Part shown: positions 41,890 through 58,845 of the stretch, one piece after another
How the letters are laid out: each line of letters opens with the position of its first letter
Numbering within the stretch: the first letter of the stretch is position 1
Assembly: GCF_009914755.1 (NCBI RefSeq)
Contig: NC_060938.1
Reading direction: 5' to 3' (one strand)
Length of the DNA stretch: 64,000 bases
Origin: the human T2T-CHM13v2.0 reference genome, Homo sapiens
The notes under the pieces: model-generated
The model's database searches: none
Told to the model about the DNA's origin: nothing
The model's input: only the letters and a program-made list of their open reading frames with translations
Translations under genes and position numbers: made by a program

Positions 41890-43645
41890 TATTTTACAGT
41901 GTACTTCCTCTGTTATTTTATAGTGCTTACCTCTGTTAGCTACAATATTAGCCTTAGAGTTTTGTTTTGTAATAATAGATAGATCATATTTTCTACATGT
42001 CCTTGTTTAGAAGTACAAAATGTTAGAATAGGAAGGGAACTTAGGGTATCACTAAACACAATATGTTCATTATATGTCACAAAAATTGTGGTGCAGGAAT
42101 ATGATAGATGCAACATTAGAACACACATTTCAGAGAACCAAATTTCTTCATTGTAGTTTTATACTCTTTTTGTTATATAATACTGAGATATGAAGCCACA
42201 TTTTTAAATGTTCACAAAGTTTATCCCTTTTAGCAAAAGAATATTCAGTGTTCTTAAATGAAGTTATTCAATAACTGCGTCCAATGGAATAAAATTGGCT
42301 TCATTTAAAATTCACAAGTTCCTTAAATGCTAACTTTGGGGTCCTACTTACAATGTTACATAATTAGTTTTAATTTCATAAGATTTTTTATTTGATTCTA
42401 GCTCTGTAAACCATTTTCTTTTCATGAGGTTTTTAGGTACATGTGATTAATGTCAGCCAATATTTGATAATGTCATACTCTTATTTTTATAAAAAGATTT
42501 CAGCTATATTAAATGTGTCAACTTTGAAGTTTGGATGACATCAACTACATGATCAGTGGGAATTTTGAAGTAAAACTGTGGAAAATTCTTTTTGATTAAC
42601 AACTACTGACTTACATCTTCTATGGTCAATAAATTATAATAACAAATTGTGACTTTATCCTTAGATTATGCAAGTTTCTTTGAATATAAAATAGTACATA
42701 TTAAGACTATTCAGTTTCATATTACATGCTATATTAGGATCTGATCCAGGATTTAATTAATTTTAAATAACATATGTACAAAAATTCCCTTAACTTTTAT
42801 GAAATCTAGTTATATTGTCATTGATTTACATAAGATATGTAGCAAGCACTTCATGCTTTATGAAATGTCTATTTCCCAGGTTCCACTGATAATTCTGGCA
42901 GAAGCTCTCAACCATCATTTCAAAGCCAGTATTTATATTGAAAGCTGAGTAATTTAGCATAACTTCTACATAAAATGTCATCCTATAACATATTCTACCT
43001 TTGAAATTACAAAGACATTTACAAATTGCAGTATAAGTTGCAATTTCCTCAATTTGGATTCCATTAGAATTACCAAAGGAGAATCAAAGGCAGTGAGAAA
43101 ATTGCCTTGAAATATAATTGGTTTCAACACACTCTCAAGGCCCAGAATGATTATATTAACTTCTTGCAACTATTTTTTAATAGTCTACAACTTAAACTTT
43201 TTAGTATCTCAACAGAAAAAAATATATATTATCACTCACTACACATTGTATACCTCAAACAGCCTGGTTTTCAGAGTACCTACATCATTTATTTATTTAA
43301 AATTTATATTTTAGATTTATAGTTCTTGTTGCTGGCTACATAAGGGTTAACTGTTATCATTATTATTGCTATTAGCAGAACTTGTGAGAGCCATTAAAAA
43401 TTAATTATTCTAATTAGGACCCAATGTAGCTATAGAAACTCACAAGCGATAATAGTACTGACAAACATTTGTTAAGCCTTTACTTAAGGAAAGTACACAG
43501 TGATTTACAAATATAATTTAATTTATAATTTCATTTATTCTTCATTTAACCATCTGAGATAACTCTTCTGTTTTCCATTTTTGAAAATGAAGCCATCTAA
43601 TTAGGTCGAGGCCACACAGACATCATCTGAGTTCAGGTTATCTGA

Positions 43646-44090
<445 letters not shown>

Positions 44091-46986
44091 TAATAACAAA
44101 GGTAAATTTTAAATATGTTTGGGAGTAATTGAGACTTGAGAAGGCATTAAATGAGAGAAGAGAGTGGAAATGTTCACATTTAGTCAATGTCATTTCAACA
44201 GCTATGAGTTAGAAATGAAAGATTATGAAATGATATTTAGGTTTTGATGATACTGATAATAGCTATTATCTTACAATGAAGGTCCAGCATGTGTAAAGCA
44301 CATCACATGCATCATTTTTCCAGCTTCACTAAACTCTTAGACATTTATTATCCCTGTTGATGATGATGAATCTGAAATGTAAAGTTAGTTTATCAAAAAT
44401 AACCCAAGTAGTTAATGATAGAGCCATAATTAAACCCATAGAGGGAAGATATTCACTGTAATAAGAGAGCAGGAGAAACTGCCACACAAACTTGTGGCTA
44501 TTATTTTGAAAGCTGCTTTAAAAATAAAGGCTAGATGACAACGGCTAAAATTGCCGTAAGAACTAGGAAAATAATTGGATGAAAATCAATTTGTTTCAAC
44601 ATCCTTCTGGTCTTCCTGACCACATGAAAACCTATGTTTTTCCATATCTTAGTCTTTATATTATAATTCATAACTGACCTAAACATTCACACCACTTATT
44701 TTGATCATTTTATGACCTACTTAAGGGCTGAAAGTGTCTTACTTCTGGCTGCATATGGCAAGTTTATATGTGAAACAGTTAAAAATGTTTCAAAATAAGA
44801 TTGCTAGAACATGACTTTATCGAGCCCTTAAAGCATTGTGTTCAAAGATGATAGTTTGAGTTATATTTAATTCATAATAATGAAAATCAATATCTTTATT
44901 TAAGTTAGCTCATTTATTAAAATATCTTTAAGCAGCAGTTATTATTAGTGAATTTTACTGACAAGTATATTGAGATTTAGATTGAGGCTTTTGTGTTTTA
45001 GTTAGACAAAAATAAGCAGTAACTTCGGATTCAGGAAAGCTGAAGGCAGAACTTATGTTTTTAACTATTTTCATAATTGCACATCTTTTCCTTATGTGAA
45101 GACAAAAGACCATAGGTATTGGCACCATTAACATTTGAATGCAGAGTCCATGTACCATATTCACTGGTTACTGTTGTACCAACAAGGGTAATTTCACTGC
45201 TAATTATCAAAAAGTCATTCAATATATACAGTTAAATTGTTGGATATATTAATGAATAAATAATTGAATTAATACTAATTTATATCTCTTTTACTTAATT
45301 TAGGGTATGTTGGTGTTTGTTTCCTTCTGATACATAAAATAGCCAATAGGATGAAGATTTGTTTTCTTGTTTTTATTTTCTTTTTTAATTTATCTTTAAT
45401 GTTTGCGTTATTGGGGTAATTTGCAATATTGAAGTAATATTTGCTTTGGTTTTGAGAAGGTATTGAAAGTATTTACTTTTTTCCTATTTAGTTTGCTCAT
45501 TAAGGTTATTTATTAACTACCATTTTAAGAAACAAAAACAAGCTCTAAGTTTGGCATGTAATAATTCCAGGCAATATATATAGTATACTTTTGAGAGGAG
45601 ATGAGGAAAATAAGTCAGACTGATTTTCCTACTAACAGTTTGATAAAACTTACTATTAAAAGAGTGATAACTAATGCTTATATGTGCCTTTCTGTAAATA
45701 TCAATCAATAAGTATTGCTAGTACCCATAAATTATTCCTAATGTACAATTTCAAATGGCTGTGTCTTAGCTTGAGAGAGGTGCTGAGAGAAATGAATGCT
45801 CTACATGGTAAGATTTCCTATAAGTTATTTCAAATACATTACCTCTTCTTATTTCAACTTAGATATTGTCCACAGGAAGATTTTTAAACAAATAATTTTT
45901 AACACTTTCTTATATGCAAAAATAAAAACAGACTATATTAATTGTAGTTTGTGATCTCAACATATTTTCAATAACTTTGTTGCAATCCTGTCTCTATTCC
46001 TTATAAATGAAATATTCACATAAAGTGTATTCTTAAGACCCAGAAATCAGTCAACAAAACAACCATCTCTATTGATTACTTACTAATACATATGGAAATT
46101 ATAACAAACAGCAGATCACTAATGAGAGTCTAATTTAAAAGTGGTATATTTATATTTTGAAAAACATATTTATGTTATATTTTTAATTGAACCCTCTCCC
46201 TTTTTATTGCCTACCCTATATTTGAGTAAATTTGAGATAATTAATGAACAATTTTTTATTTTACTAGCTGAGATTGAAGAACACTTGAAAATTATCAAGA
46301 ATGTACTGCGGAGTATTGAAATTGCAAGTTATCATCAAAGGAAGCTGTAAGCATCATGACTCAGTGATGTATTTTCTCTGTATTTACCATTTTAAACCAA
46401 ATTTAGTGTTCTCTCTGAAGGACAATCTAAATAAAGTAGTTGTAAATTAATTTATAATAATGAATAAATATTCAAACAATTATTTTGATAGGTTTTATCC
46501 AGCAGAAACTGAGAAAATTTAATCTTACATGACATTGGGATGCTATATTATTTGACATGAAACAAATATTTTAAACCACACTTTTAAATGGTGTATATTG
46601 CACTACCTTTTAAAAAAAAGAAATAGAAGTTTTGAATAAGAAATATTCCTTTTGTCTATGAAATAAATTAAAATGCTTTTCAAATAATGTTTTATTGTAA
46701 TATTTTTCAAACTCTTCCATGGAATAGAAACAGCAAATATTTGCCAAATTATTCTATCATTCCAGCTACCAAAAAAGGCATTGATACCAAAACAGACAAA
46801 AACATAATGAAAAAAACAACTAGAAGTACATTTCATTTTGCTCATACATTTAAATGCAAACATTTTAAACAAATTATTGTTGACTCAAACACAGCAGTTG
46901 CTAAATAATGTACTACACTGTAACCAAAGTAGTTTGATGGAAGAATTGCTAAATACTGGAAAATATATAAATATAAATTACCATGT

Positions 46987-47375
46987 CATATGCTTTAGAT
47001 GAATTCTCCCCTTCAAATTTTATGTTGAAAAGTAACCTCCAATGTTGGAACTGAGCCTAGTGGGCGGTGATTTCGTCATGTGGGCAGATTCCTCGTGAAT
47101 GGATTGTGGCTGTCCTCACCTTAGTGAGTGAATTCTTACTCTGAGTTCATTTGAGATCTAGTTGTTTAAAAGTTTGGAACTTTCCCCCTTGCTCTCTCTC
47201 TCTTGCTCCTTCTCTCATCATGTGATGTGCTGCTCTCACTTCACATGCCATCATGATTCAAAGCTCCCTGACGAAGCCAAGCAGATGCTGGCCCAATGTT
47301 TCCTGTACAGCCTACAGAACTCTGAGACAATTAGACCTCTTTACTTTATAAATTATCCAGTCTCAGGTATATCTG
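46987..47375 (+). mobile_element. MSTB-like MaLR LTR
   Basis: Runs 'atgttgaaaagtaacctccaatgttgg...gaagccaagcagatgctgg...ataaattatccagtctcaggtat'. Confidence 0.85.
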
Positions 47376-47839
47376 TATTAGTGATATTTCTCATATTATT
47401 TCTTTAGTCTCTATTCATAATATTAGATAATGTTCACTTTAGGTATTCTCAACAGTGTTATTAGAATAGTTTGTTCATTTCACAGGACTTCGTGTTGTGT
47501 AAATCAAGCATTGTTTACATTTTATTGTATGTGAATACAATGAAATCTAATGGTTGAGGTAGAGTGCCAATGCACTATAAGCCCTGTGACACTAATTAAT
47601 TTGCTTATGGAGATAATAAGATTTTTCTTGCTTTTCAGTCTCCGTTCTACTACAATTAAACTTTGTTTCAAGTGTTCTCTCCGTAAGTCTTTTAGGAATA
47701 ATTGGGGGTGGTCATTGCATAGAAAGAGGAACTGGAGTTGGATGTGTGACAGAGAATATTATGTTTTCATTACCTTGACTGATGCCTTAAGTTGAGATTT
47801 AATTTGCAGAAGTAAAGAGAAATATAAAAGTAATACTAC

Positions 47840-48520
47840 TACTAGTAACATACATTTATAGAATGTGTTTTAGATACTATAACTCTTCAAAATAAGTTAT
47901 GTGGTAGGCATTATTATTACCCTTATCTTATAAATGTGTCACTAAGACATTAACAGGAATATCATGTGCCTCCAATTCACACAGATAGTATATAATGGAG
48001 CTGCAACACTTCAATTTATTACACATGAGATCAGCACTAAAGCATTTTAAGGCTCTTTTCCTTTCTGTTACTTATTTGCTTATATGCCTTGAAAGTAGGA
48101 ATATACATTACTCATATCAGTATCCTCAGAATCTGATAGTGTCTGGCACATAAACACTCAATTCATATATCAATTTATATATTAAACAAATATGTAGTTT
48201 CTTGTCACAAAGACTCACATCCCAGGTAGCTAATGCTTAAAAAGATGAATAGCCAATAAAAAAACTACAAAAAGTCTAACATATCATCGATACTGAGGTG
48301 GCATAAGCCCTGTGAGAGAAGAGCAAACAGTATAAGACTCAGTGGAGGGAGGAAGGAATGGTAGGAACAGTAATGTTGAGATAGAATAGAGACCCAGAGT
48401 CTATGTCCTGGGAAACCACTTTTTTTAGTCTCTGAAGGAATTTGAGTAAAAATGATATGATCTGACATATTTTTAGGAAGACTCTCTGACTCCTAAGTGG
48501 ATAATTCACTATAAAAGATA
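47840..48520. mobile_element. MIR and L2 fragments
   Basis: MIR core 'gtaggcattattattacccttat' and L2 3' end 'agtgtctggcacataaacactcaat'. Confidence 0.5.
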
Positions 48521-49752
48521 AGAGTAAGTTTATATGGCAATGTTCATTGAGTTACATATATAGTTAAAACTAGTATGTAGTGACCAATAAAAACTTTCTT
48601 AGAAGTGGAAGGTGCCTCATACCGCTTTTAAGAAATAGCTAGCAAATGTAAACAAAATATCTGTAGTTTAGATTTCCTTGGATTCATACAAGGAAAAAAA
48701 ATTTGTTCTGACATTAAAAAGTATACGTCAGCAATTAAGACTATTAACAGAAATAGATAAAACAAAAGATATTGATCAAGTTATATGTTGGTATCAATAG
48801 GGTAAAAATATTTATGAAATAATTATATTCAGTAAATATATTGAGATCTTAATAATATTAATATAAAATGATTACTTAATAGTCTGATGATTAAATTTTG
48901 CCTTATGATTATTTTAACTTTAAATCAATATTTAACTTTTCTATCACTGCTTACTAAAACAAAATGAAAGCTGTGGGGTATCTGTAGTGTCAGTTTTGCA
49001 ATATTTATAAAAACATGGTAATGTTTAAATATGACATTTGTATTTCAGAAAATTTTTTTCACACTGAATTTGAATATAAATGAGATGAATAAATTTACAT
49101 CATTGACTTACATTTATATGTCTAGGAAATAAGTATAACATTTTTCTTTCCTTCAGGCAAAAAGTTGATATGCCTCATGGCAGTGTTCCCCAGGCTTGCA
49201 AATGTTCTTATGCATACCAGAAGTCATTTTTGTACCGTAATTTTGCAGAGTTTAATTAAACTATATGCATACAAATATAGGCATGAATTTCATTTTTTGT
49301 CTTTTCATGACTTCTGATATATATGTATTTGTATATATATGTATATATATAAAACAATGGAATTAAAATACATTGTTTTATGTTATTTTTCATATGTTTT
49401 ATATGATAAGCTTAAATACTTCATAGTGACCAGAAAATGTGAGAATTGAACTTATTTTTTTAATGATGAGTTTCTGAGAAATACTTTGGTACAATTGGAT
49501 CTTATTTAGATAAATTCCACAAGTAATTTTTAAAAATACAGACTACCTTAAATATTTAAAATATTGAGAGCAACTAGAACATTCTACAAACATTCTTTTA
49601 GAGTACAGTTGTATTATGTAATAGATAGGCTATACATTTTGAAGTCAGACAGTTGGCTTTGTAACTGTGCTTTTTCACTTACTAATTGTGTGGAGTTCAG
49701 CAAGTAATTTAATTTCTCATTCACAGTACTCTTATTTGTGGAAAACAAACAC

Positions 49753-49906
49753 AGAAAAAAGAAGAAGGAAGGAAGGAAGGTAGGAAGGAAGGAAGGAGGG
49801 GAAGAAGGAGGGAAGGAGGGAGGGAGGAAGGGAAGGAAGGAAGGAAGGAAAGAAGGGAGGGAAGAAGGAGGGAGGGAGGGAAGGAAGGAAGGAAGGAAGG
49901 AAGGAA
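49753..49906. repeat. (GGAA)n/(GGGA)n polypurine microsatellite after a MIR fragment
   Basis: About 150 bp of nearly pure purine with 7 consecutive GGAA at 49879-49906. Confidence 0.95.
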
Positions 49907-50850
49907 TGAAATATTTTTGTCAAAGCAAACACTGCCCAGAGTAAATTGATGTTGGTTGTATACTGCTGAGGGGAATGAAACAATATGGTCATGTTGGGAT
50001 ATTCCTATGGAGGAATATGTTTTTGTTTTTCTCTTCCTGAAGTTGATCTTATGGGAGCTCAATGGGAGATAACTATTAAAATTGTCTACTATTTCTTCTA
50101 ATGGGAGTTTTTACCTGTAAGATACAGCTTTATTTTCTTTATGTTACTTCAAAAATTCAAACAGTCTTACTAACTAGTGGAGATTAGAGCCAAGTATAGT
50201 GACTGGGTCCCACCATCTGAAAGTATAGCAGGGCTAGTGAATTTTATCATGAAATGTATGTGCTCTACTGTGCCTGACAAAAAAAGGTATGTGTATATGG
50301 AACCAGTGTTCAGTGTACGATATATTCTTTTAATCATCTGACATGAAATTTGAGGATTTAGCTATTTTCTACCAATGAAAAAAATAGCTCCAATAATGTA
50401 GCATTTAATACATGTTTATGGGTAATGTGGAAAAACATTATTTATCACATTACCTGTGTTTATGTGATGCAAACATGAACAAGTCTTATGGGCATTGGTT
50501 TGTGAAATCAAAATAATTTTGTGCTTCAAAATATCACATCATATCCTAAAATATCCGAGGCATCATTTCTTGATAAAGCCTGAAAATTACAGAAAAATCT
50601 CTATCACTTGTTTTTATGTATTCTGCTAATCATGATCATTACCTAACTCTCATAAACTTTGTACATATAAGAAAATGCACTTATATAATACAACTCCAAT
50701 GGGGGATCCACTTTGTCAGTTTTAATTGTTTAGATGCTGAAATAAATTAACCTGAGTTACACGGTTTTACCACCAACGTGAAAGCTACTTCTCTGAGCTA
50801 TAGGCCAGAGATTGGGTTTCTGGGGGGAAAAAAAAAAACTGTATGAGTTG

Positions 50851-53433
<2,583 letters not shown>

Positions 53434-54523
53434 ATGTACATTCAACTATTGATACTGCAGAGGATGACTTTAGGGAAAATGCTTCTGCAGTTGGTTGACA
53501 CCATGATGACACAGACAACTGAAAGATACAGAATATCTAAAAATATTTTAGTTAGGAACCTATGCCTTTAAGAGTAATTACATGGGATTCAGTGAAACTT
53601 GAAATGGAAATTGATTTGTTTATTTATCTGAGACCACTGTTGTCATTACTTTCAATGGTCTATTTTCTAGTGGTAAAAAGCCCACCTTCCTTTTTTCCGT
53701 AATTTACATTATCTTTCAACATCATTTTTCAAGGTTTACTTATGCAATCTAGAATTAACACTCTGTTGAAAACCCAAGCCTAAAAGACAGTAACTTCAGC
53801 TACTGGCTTTTTAAAATTTCTTTTTTGATTTGTGGTTTATTGTGGTAGCAGGTACCTCAGAATCCATTAAAAAATAAAATCCAGATTTCAGGTGATCTAC
53901 ATTGAGGAATAAAATTAGGAATAAAAAGGTATTTAGGAACTAAATTTCTCAGAATAATTTTCACATTGTTGCAGCAGCCCATCTGAATCAAGAAAATACA
54001 TAGATTTTCCTGGGTGGAATATAAGAAAGGAAATTATTAAGTAATAAGCTTAAAGTGAAAAATCACTAACACAAGCAAATGTGTCTCGAGAGAACTGAAG
54101 TATGATGCTTGTAATAATTGGAATTCAGAGGAGTGTTTTACAATATACCAAGCTTAGAAAAATCATAACCATTTTTATAAAAAGACATTGTGTCAAATTT
54201 TACTCTTTTAAACCACATCACCTTTGAAAAATATTAAGCATATTTCTAGGTAATTGCTCTGTCTGAGTCTAAAATAATTGTGTAAAAATATAGGTTTATA
54301 ACAAAAATAAATGCTACAAATATTATTTGAAGTACCTTTATGATTCATTTTATGCTGCATGGAAATAAAGTTATGTTTTTAATTTTTGTAGGATTCAATC
54401 CTCCTTTATCCTTGATATAAATTAACCAAGTTTGTGGGAAAAGTTACTTCTAGATATATTTTATTTTATTATATATGAGAAAAGCCACTACTACAGAGCA
54501 AGATTTACCCTTCATATGTGGAG

Positions 54524-54832
54524 AGATATATATATATGTATATATATATATGCCTATATATATATAAGATATATATGTGTATATATATATGCCTATATAT
54601 ATAAGATATATATGTGTATATATATATGCCTATATATATAAGATATATATGTGTATATATATATGCCTATATATATAAGATATATATGATATATATGCCT
54701 ATATATATATAAGATATATATATGATATATATGCCTATATATATATATAAGATATATATATACATATATATGATATATATGCCTATATATATAAGATATA
54801 TATATATGCATATATATGATATATATGCCTAA
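54524..54832. repeat. TA-rich minisatellite, about 8 copies of a ~37-bp unit
   Basis: Unit gatatatatgtgtatatatatatgcctatatatataa, anchored by 'gcct' and 'taag'. Confidence 0.93.
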
Positions 54833-56049
54833 GATCTTCTCCCAGAATACTGGTCTAATACTTTCCTTTAGTTAGATTTCTAAAACATAGTAATATGCTT
54901 TAGATTACTAATGCTTTAGTTAGATTTCAGTTCATGTGATGATAACTCACACTAACAAACATGGAAAATCCCTGAGGAAGAAGCACTGTATTCTTAATTT
55001 CTGTCCTCTAAGCATGATGGTTGATAAGGAAGTAAAATATTATTATTATATCTGGGAAAATAGGAGTAATAAAAATATAGCACTGTTTTATTTTATTTAA
55101 GGAACTTTCTTGGCAGAAGTTAATTCTCTTGCCTATACTTGTATGCATCACTTAGAACCAAGCTAGGAGGATTATGTGTGTTAAATATCATTGCGCACAC
55201 ACACACACAGTTTGTGTGTATGCAGAAAGGGAAATAAAAAATAAATTTAAGCATACAAAATATAAAATTCTTGGTGTAAAGACTACATGAAATATATACC
55301 ATGGAAGCTGAGTCACAAGGAGATTTTGTTTAGAAATTCTCCCTGAATGTGGTAAATTTATGTAATAGAATCATATCAATGTGTATATGGCTATTACTGT
55401 TAGTCATAACAGCATGCTTATTGTATAAATTAGACTTTGGCTGATTTTCAACATGTATATGAAATTTAAAAGACAATCAAATAAACAGCAAATTCAATTA
55501 ATAATTTCCCCCCCCCCCCACACACACACACAAAAACACAATTAAACGGATCTTTTGTCATTGGGATTAGAGAAAGAAAATTGTCCCAAACCTCAGTGGT
55601 ACAGAACATTTTTGCATGATGTAATTCAGCCCTTTGTGGATATAATTGCTATTCCAAATTAAATACATGAGTGATATTCTTACAGACTTTAATGAGATTA
55701 AAAACTCCTGGGAAGTTAGGGTTGCGTACTCAACTGATTGACTAGTTTAATGATCTTCAGGCAGATAGTCCTGCATTGTATTATTTCTTTTAATACTATC
55801 TCCTTTCCACACTGCTCATCCTTCAAGGCCTATTTAATTCTCTCTTACTGCAAGCTTCAAATATAATTCTGACACATGGTTAAAATATTCTTTCTGATAA
55901 ATTTATTCACTATCACATACATTCCAATAAAGAAGAAAGCTTACATTCCTCAATGTAAACAGTGCTATGCATTAGGGGTTTCAAAATAAAGAGCCACCAC
56001 AGATGTCTTAGGTAAAATATGTGCAGCTTATGCTATATGAAAAACCCTT

Positions 56050-56190
56050 TTCTAACCTTTTTTATGTATTATATTAACTCATTCATCCTCAAAACAACCC
56101 TGCACATGAAAGTGTTACTATTCTCACTTAACAAGTGAAAGTCTAAAGTTCAGTGAGATTAGGAAGTGTGCACAAGTCCTCACAATAATG
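56050..56190 (-). mobile_element. MIR SINE
   Basis: Runs 'attaactcattcatcctcaaaacaaccctg...gaaagtctaaagttcagtgagattaggaagtgtgcacaagtcctcaca'. Confidence 0.7.
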
Positions 56191-56549
56191 AGAAACGCCT
56201 GATATATGTTAAAATTTTGATTTATTGCAAGCAAGAACAAAAATACGTTCCCAGTGGGAATAATCAGAGCCATCATGCTGTACAACTTCAAAAATGACAA
56301 TTTATCCAATCATTGAAGATAAATCACATGAATTTATATTTTGCATAGTCTTTGAAAAAGAAGTTTCAATGTGGTAAAATATGTATAAGCACTTTAGATA
56401 AAATATATATTTTCAGTGGGTTAATGCAGAGAAATATATTCACAGCTTCAGAATATTACACATCAGTTAAAATGTTTCATGGATCTGGTATAAATAAACT
56501 GAACTGTGCTTCAGTATTATAAAATTAATGATTTATATATTACACATAA

Positions 56550-56553
<4 letters not shown>

Positions 56554-56584
<31 letters not shown>
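56554..56584. repeat. (TA)15 microsatellite
   Basis: Pure TA run. Confidence 0.95.
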
Positions 56585-56587
<3 letters not shown>

Positions 56588-56974
56588 GGGTTTCCATATA
56601 AGCTTCTTTATTAGTATTTTACCCTTTTCCCCCAAAGCAGCATGAAATATTGGATAGTTAGAATCCACTGAAAAGCTTATATACATACACACATATATTT
56701 AAATATTGGTGGATCTTATGTTACATAAAAGGCAATAAGCATGATTGGTAAAAATGTTCTATTTCTCTAGTAAACCTCTCTAAATATGTATTAAAATTTA
56801 GTTTTGATACATAATAATTGCACATATTCATGGGGTACATGTGATATTATGATACATGCATAGAATGCGTCATGATCAAATCAGTTTGTTTAGGATGCTA
56901 ATCCCCTACATTATTACTATCTCTATGTATTGGGATCATTTGAAATCTTCTCTTTTAGCTATTAAAAATATACA

Positions 56975-57223
56975 GGCTGGGCACGGTGGCTCACACCTGT
57001 AATCACAGCGCTTTGGGAGGCCGAGGAGGGTAGCTCTCTTGAGGTCAGGTGAAACGCTCTTTCTACCAAAAATACAAAAATTAGGACCGGGCGTGGTGGC
57101 GTGTGCCTGTAATCCTAGTTACTTGGGAGGCTGAGGCTTGAACCTGGGAGGTAGAGGTTGCAGTGAGCCAAAATCACGTCACTGAACTCCATCCTGGGTG
57201 ACAGGGTGAGACTCCATCTAAAA
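56975..57223 (+). mobile_element. AluS/J with two internal deletions, followed by (CA)n(TA)n to 57290
   Basis: Deletion junctions 'gaggtcag|gtgaaac' and 'ctgaggc|ttgaacc'. Confidence 0.88.
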
Positions 57224-57229
57224 TACATG

Positions 57230-57285
<56 letters not shown>

Positions 57286-58414
57286 CACACAATATATTGT
57301 TACCTATAATCACCCTATGATGCTGTTAAGCGCTAGAACTTATTCCTTATAACTCTATGTTTGTACCCATTAACTAACTTTTCTTCGTTTCCAAACCCCA
57401 CCCTTCCCAACCTCAGGTAACTGTCATTCCACTCTCTACCTCCATGATATCAACCTGTTTTTTAGCACTCACATGAATGAGAACATGTAATATTTGTCTT
57501 TTTTTCCTGGTTTATTTCACTTAACGTAATGACTCTTAGTTCCAGGCATGTTCCTGCAAAGTATTCTTTTTTCTTTTTTTATGGCTGAATAGTATTCAAT
57601 TGTGTATACATTTTCTTTATCCATTGAGCCTTTGATAAACACTTAGGTTGATTCCATATCTTAGCTATTGTGAATAGTGCTGCAATTAACCTGGTTATCC
57701 AGGTTTTCAGGTATTTAGAATACCCTGGGTATCCAGGTATTTAAGTATCCCTTTGATATACTAATTTCCTTTCCTTTGGATAAATAGCACGTAGTAGGAT
57801 TGCTGAATTGCACAGTAGCTCTGTTTTTAGTTTTTAAGAAATCCCCAAAATGCTTTAAATAATGGCTGTACTAATATACATCCCCACCAACGGTGTGTGC
57901 GTTCCCTTTTCTCCACATCCTTGCCAACATCTATCATTTTGACTTTTTAATAATATCCATTCTAAATGGTGTAAGATAATATCTCATTTTGGTTTTAATT
58001 TACAGTTATCTGATGATTAGCAACATTGAGTAGTTTTTCATATACCTGTAGGCCATTTGAATGTCTTCTTTTGATAAACGTATATTCAGATTTTTTGCCC
58101 AGTTTTTAACATAATTCTATTTTTTTGCTGTTGTCTGAGTTCCATGTAGTCTATATATTAGTTTTTTGTCAGATGAATAGTTTGACAAATATATTCTCTC
58201 ATTCTACAAATTGTCTTTTCACTCCGTTGATTGTTTTCTTTGCTGTGCAAAAGCTTTATAGTTTAATATAGTCCCATTTGTCTATTTTTGTTGTGGTGGT
58301 GGTGGGCATTTGAGGTCTTGGCCATAAAATCTTTGCCAGGACAAATGCCTTGAAAAACTTCTCCTATATATATATATTTTTATTTTGTGACATTACTTCT
58401 AAGAATAGTTTTAT

Positions 58415-58845
58415 TTTACTTTATTTTTTTATTTTATATTATTATACTTTAAGTTTTAGGGTACATGTGCACAATGTGCAGGTTAGTTACATATGTATAC
58501 ATGTGCCATGCTGGTGTGCTGCACCCACTAACTCGTCATCTAGCATTAGGTATATCTCCCAATGCTATCCCTCCCCCCTCCCCCCACCCCACAACAGTCC
58601 CCAGAGTGTGATGTTCCCCTTCCTGTGTCCATGTGTTCTCATTGTTCAATTCCCACCTATGAGTGAGAATATGCGGTGTTTGGTTTTTTGTTCTTGCGAT
58701 AGCTTACAGAGAATGATGATTTCCAATTTCATTCATGTCCCTACAAAGGACATGAACTCATCATTTTTTATGGCTGCATAGTATTCCATGGGATATATGT
58801 GCCACATTTTCTTAATCCACTCTATCATTGTTGGACATTTGGGTT
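58415..58845 (-). mobile_element. 5'-truncated L1PA2-like young LINE-1
   Basis: Contains 'cacccactaactcgtcatctagcattaggtatatctcccaatgc', with GAG rather than ACA/ACG at the Ta diagnostic site. TSD aatagttttat at 58404-58414 and 58853-58863. Confidence 0.93.

Noticed and set aside
49721-50062. PSFL/GRKE-repeat ORFs, and YI-repeat ORFs at 4.8, 37.7 and 54.5 kb
   Set aside because: Translations of simple repeats.
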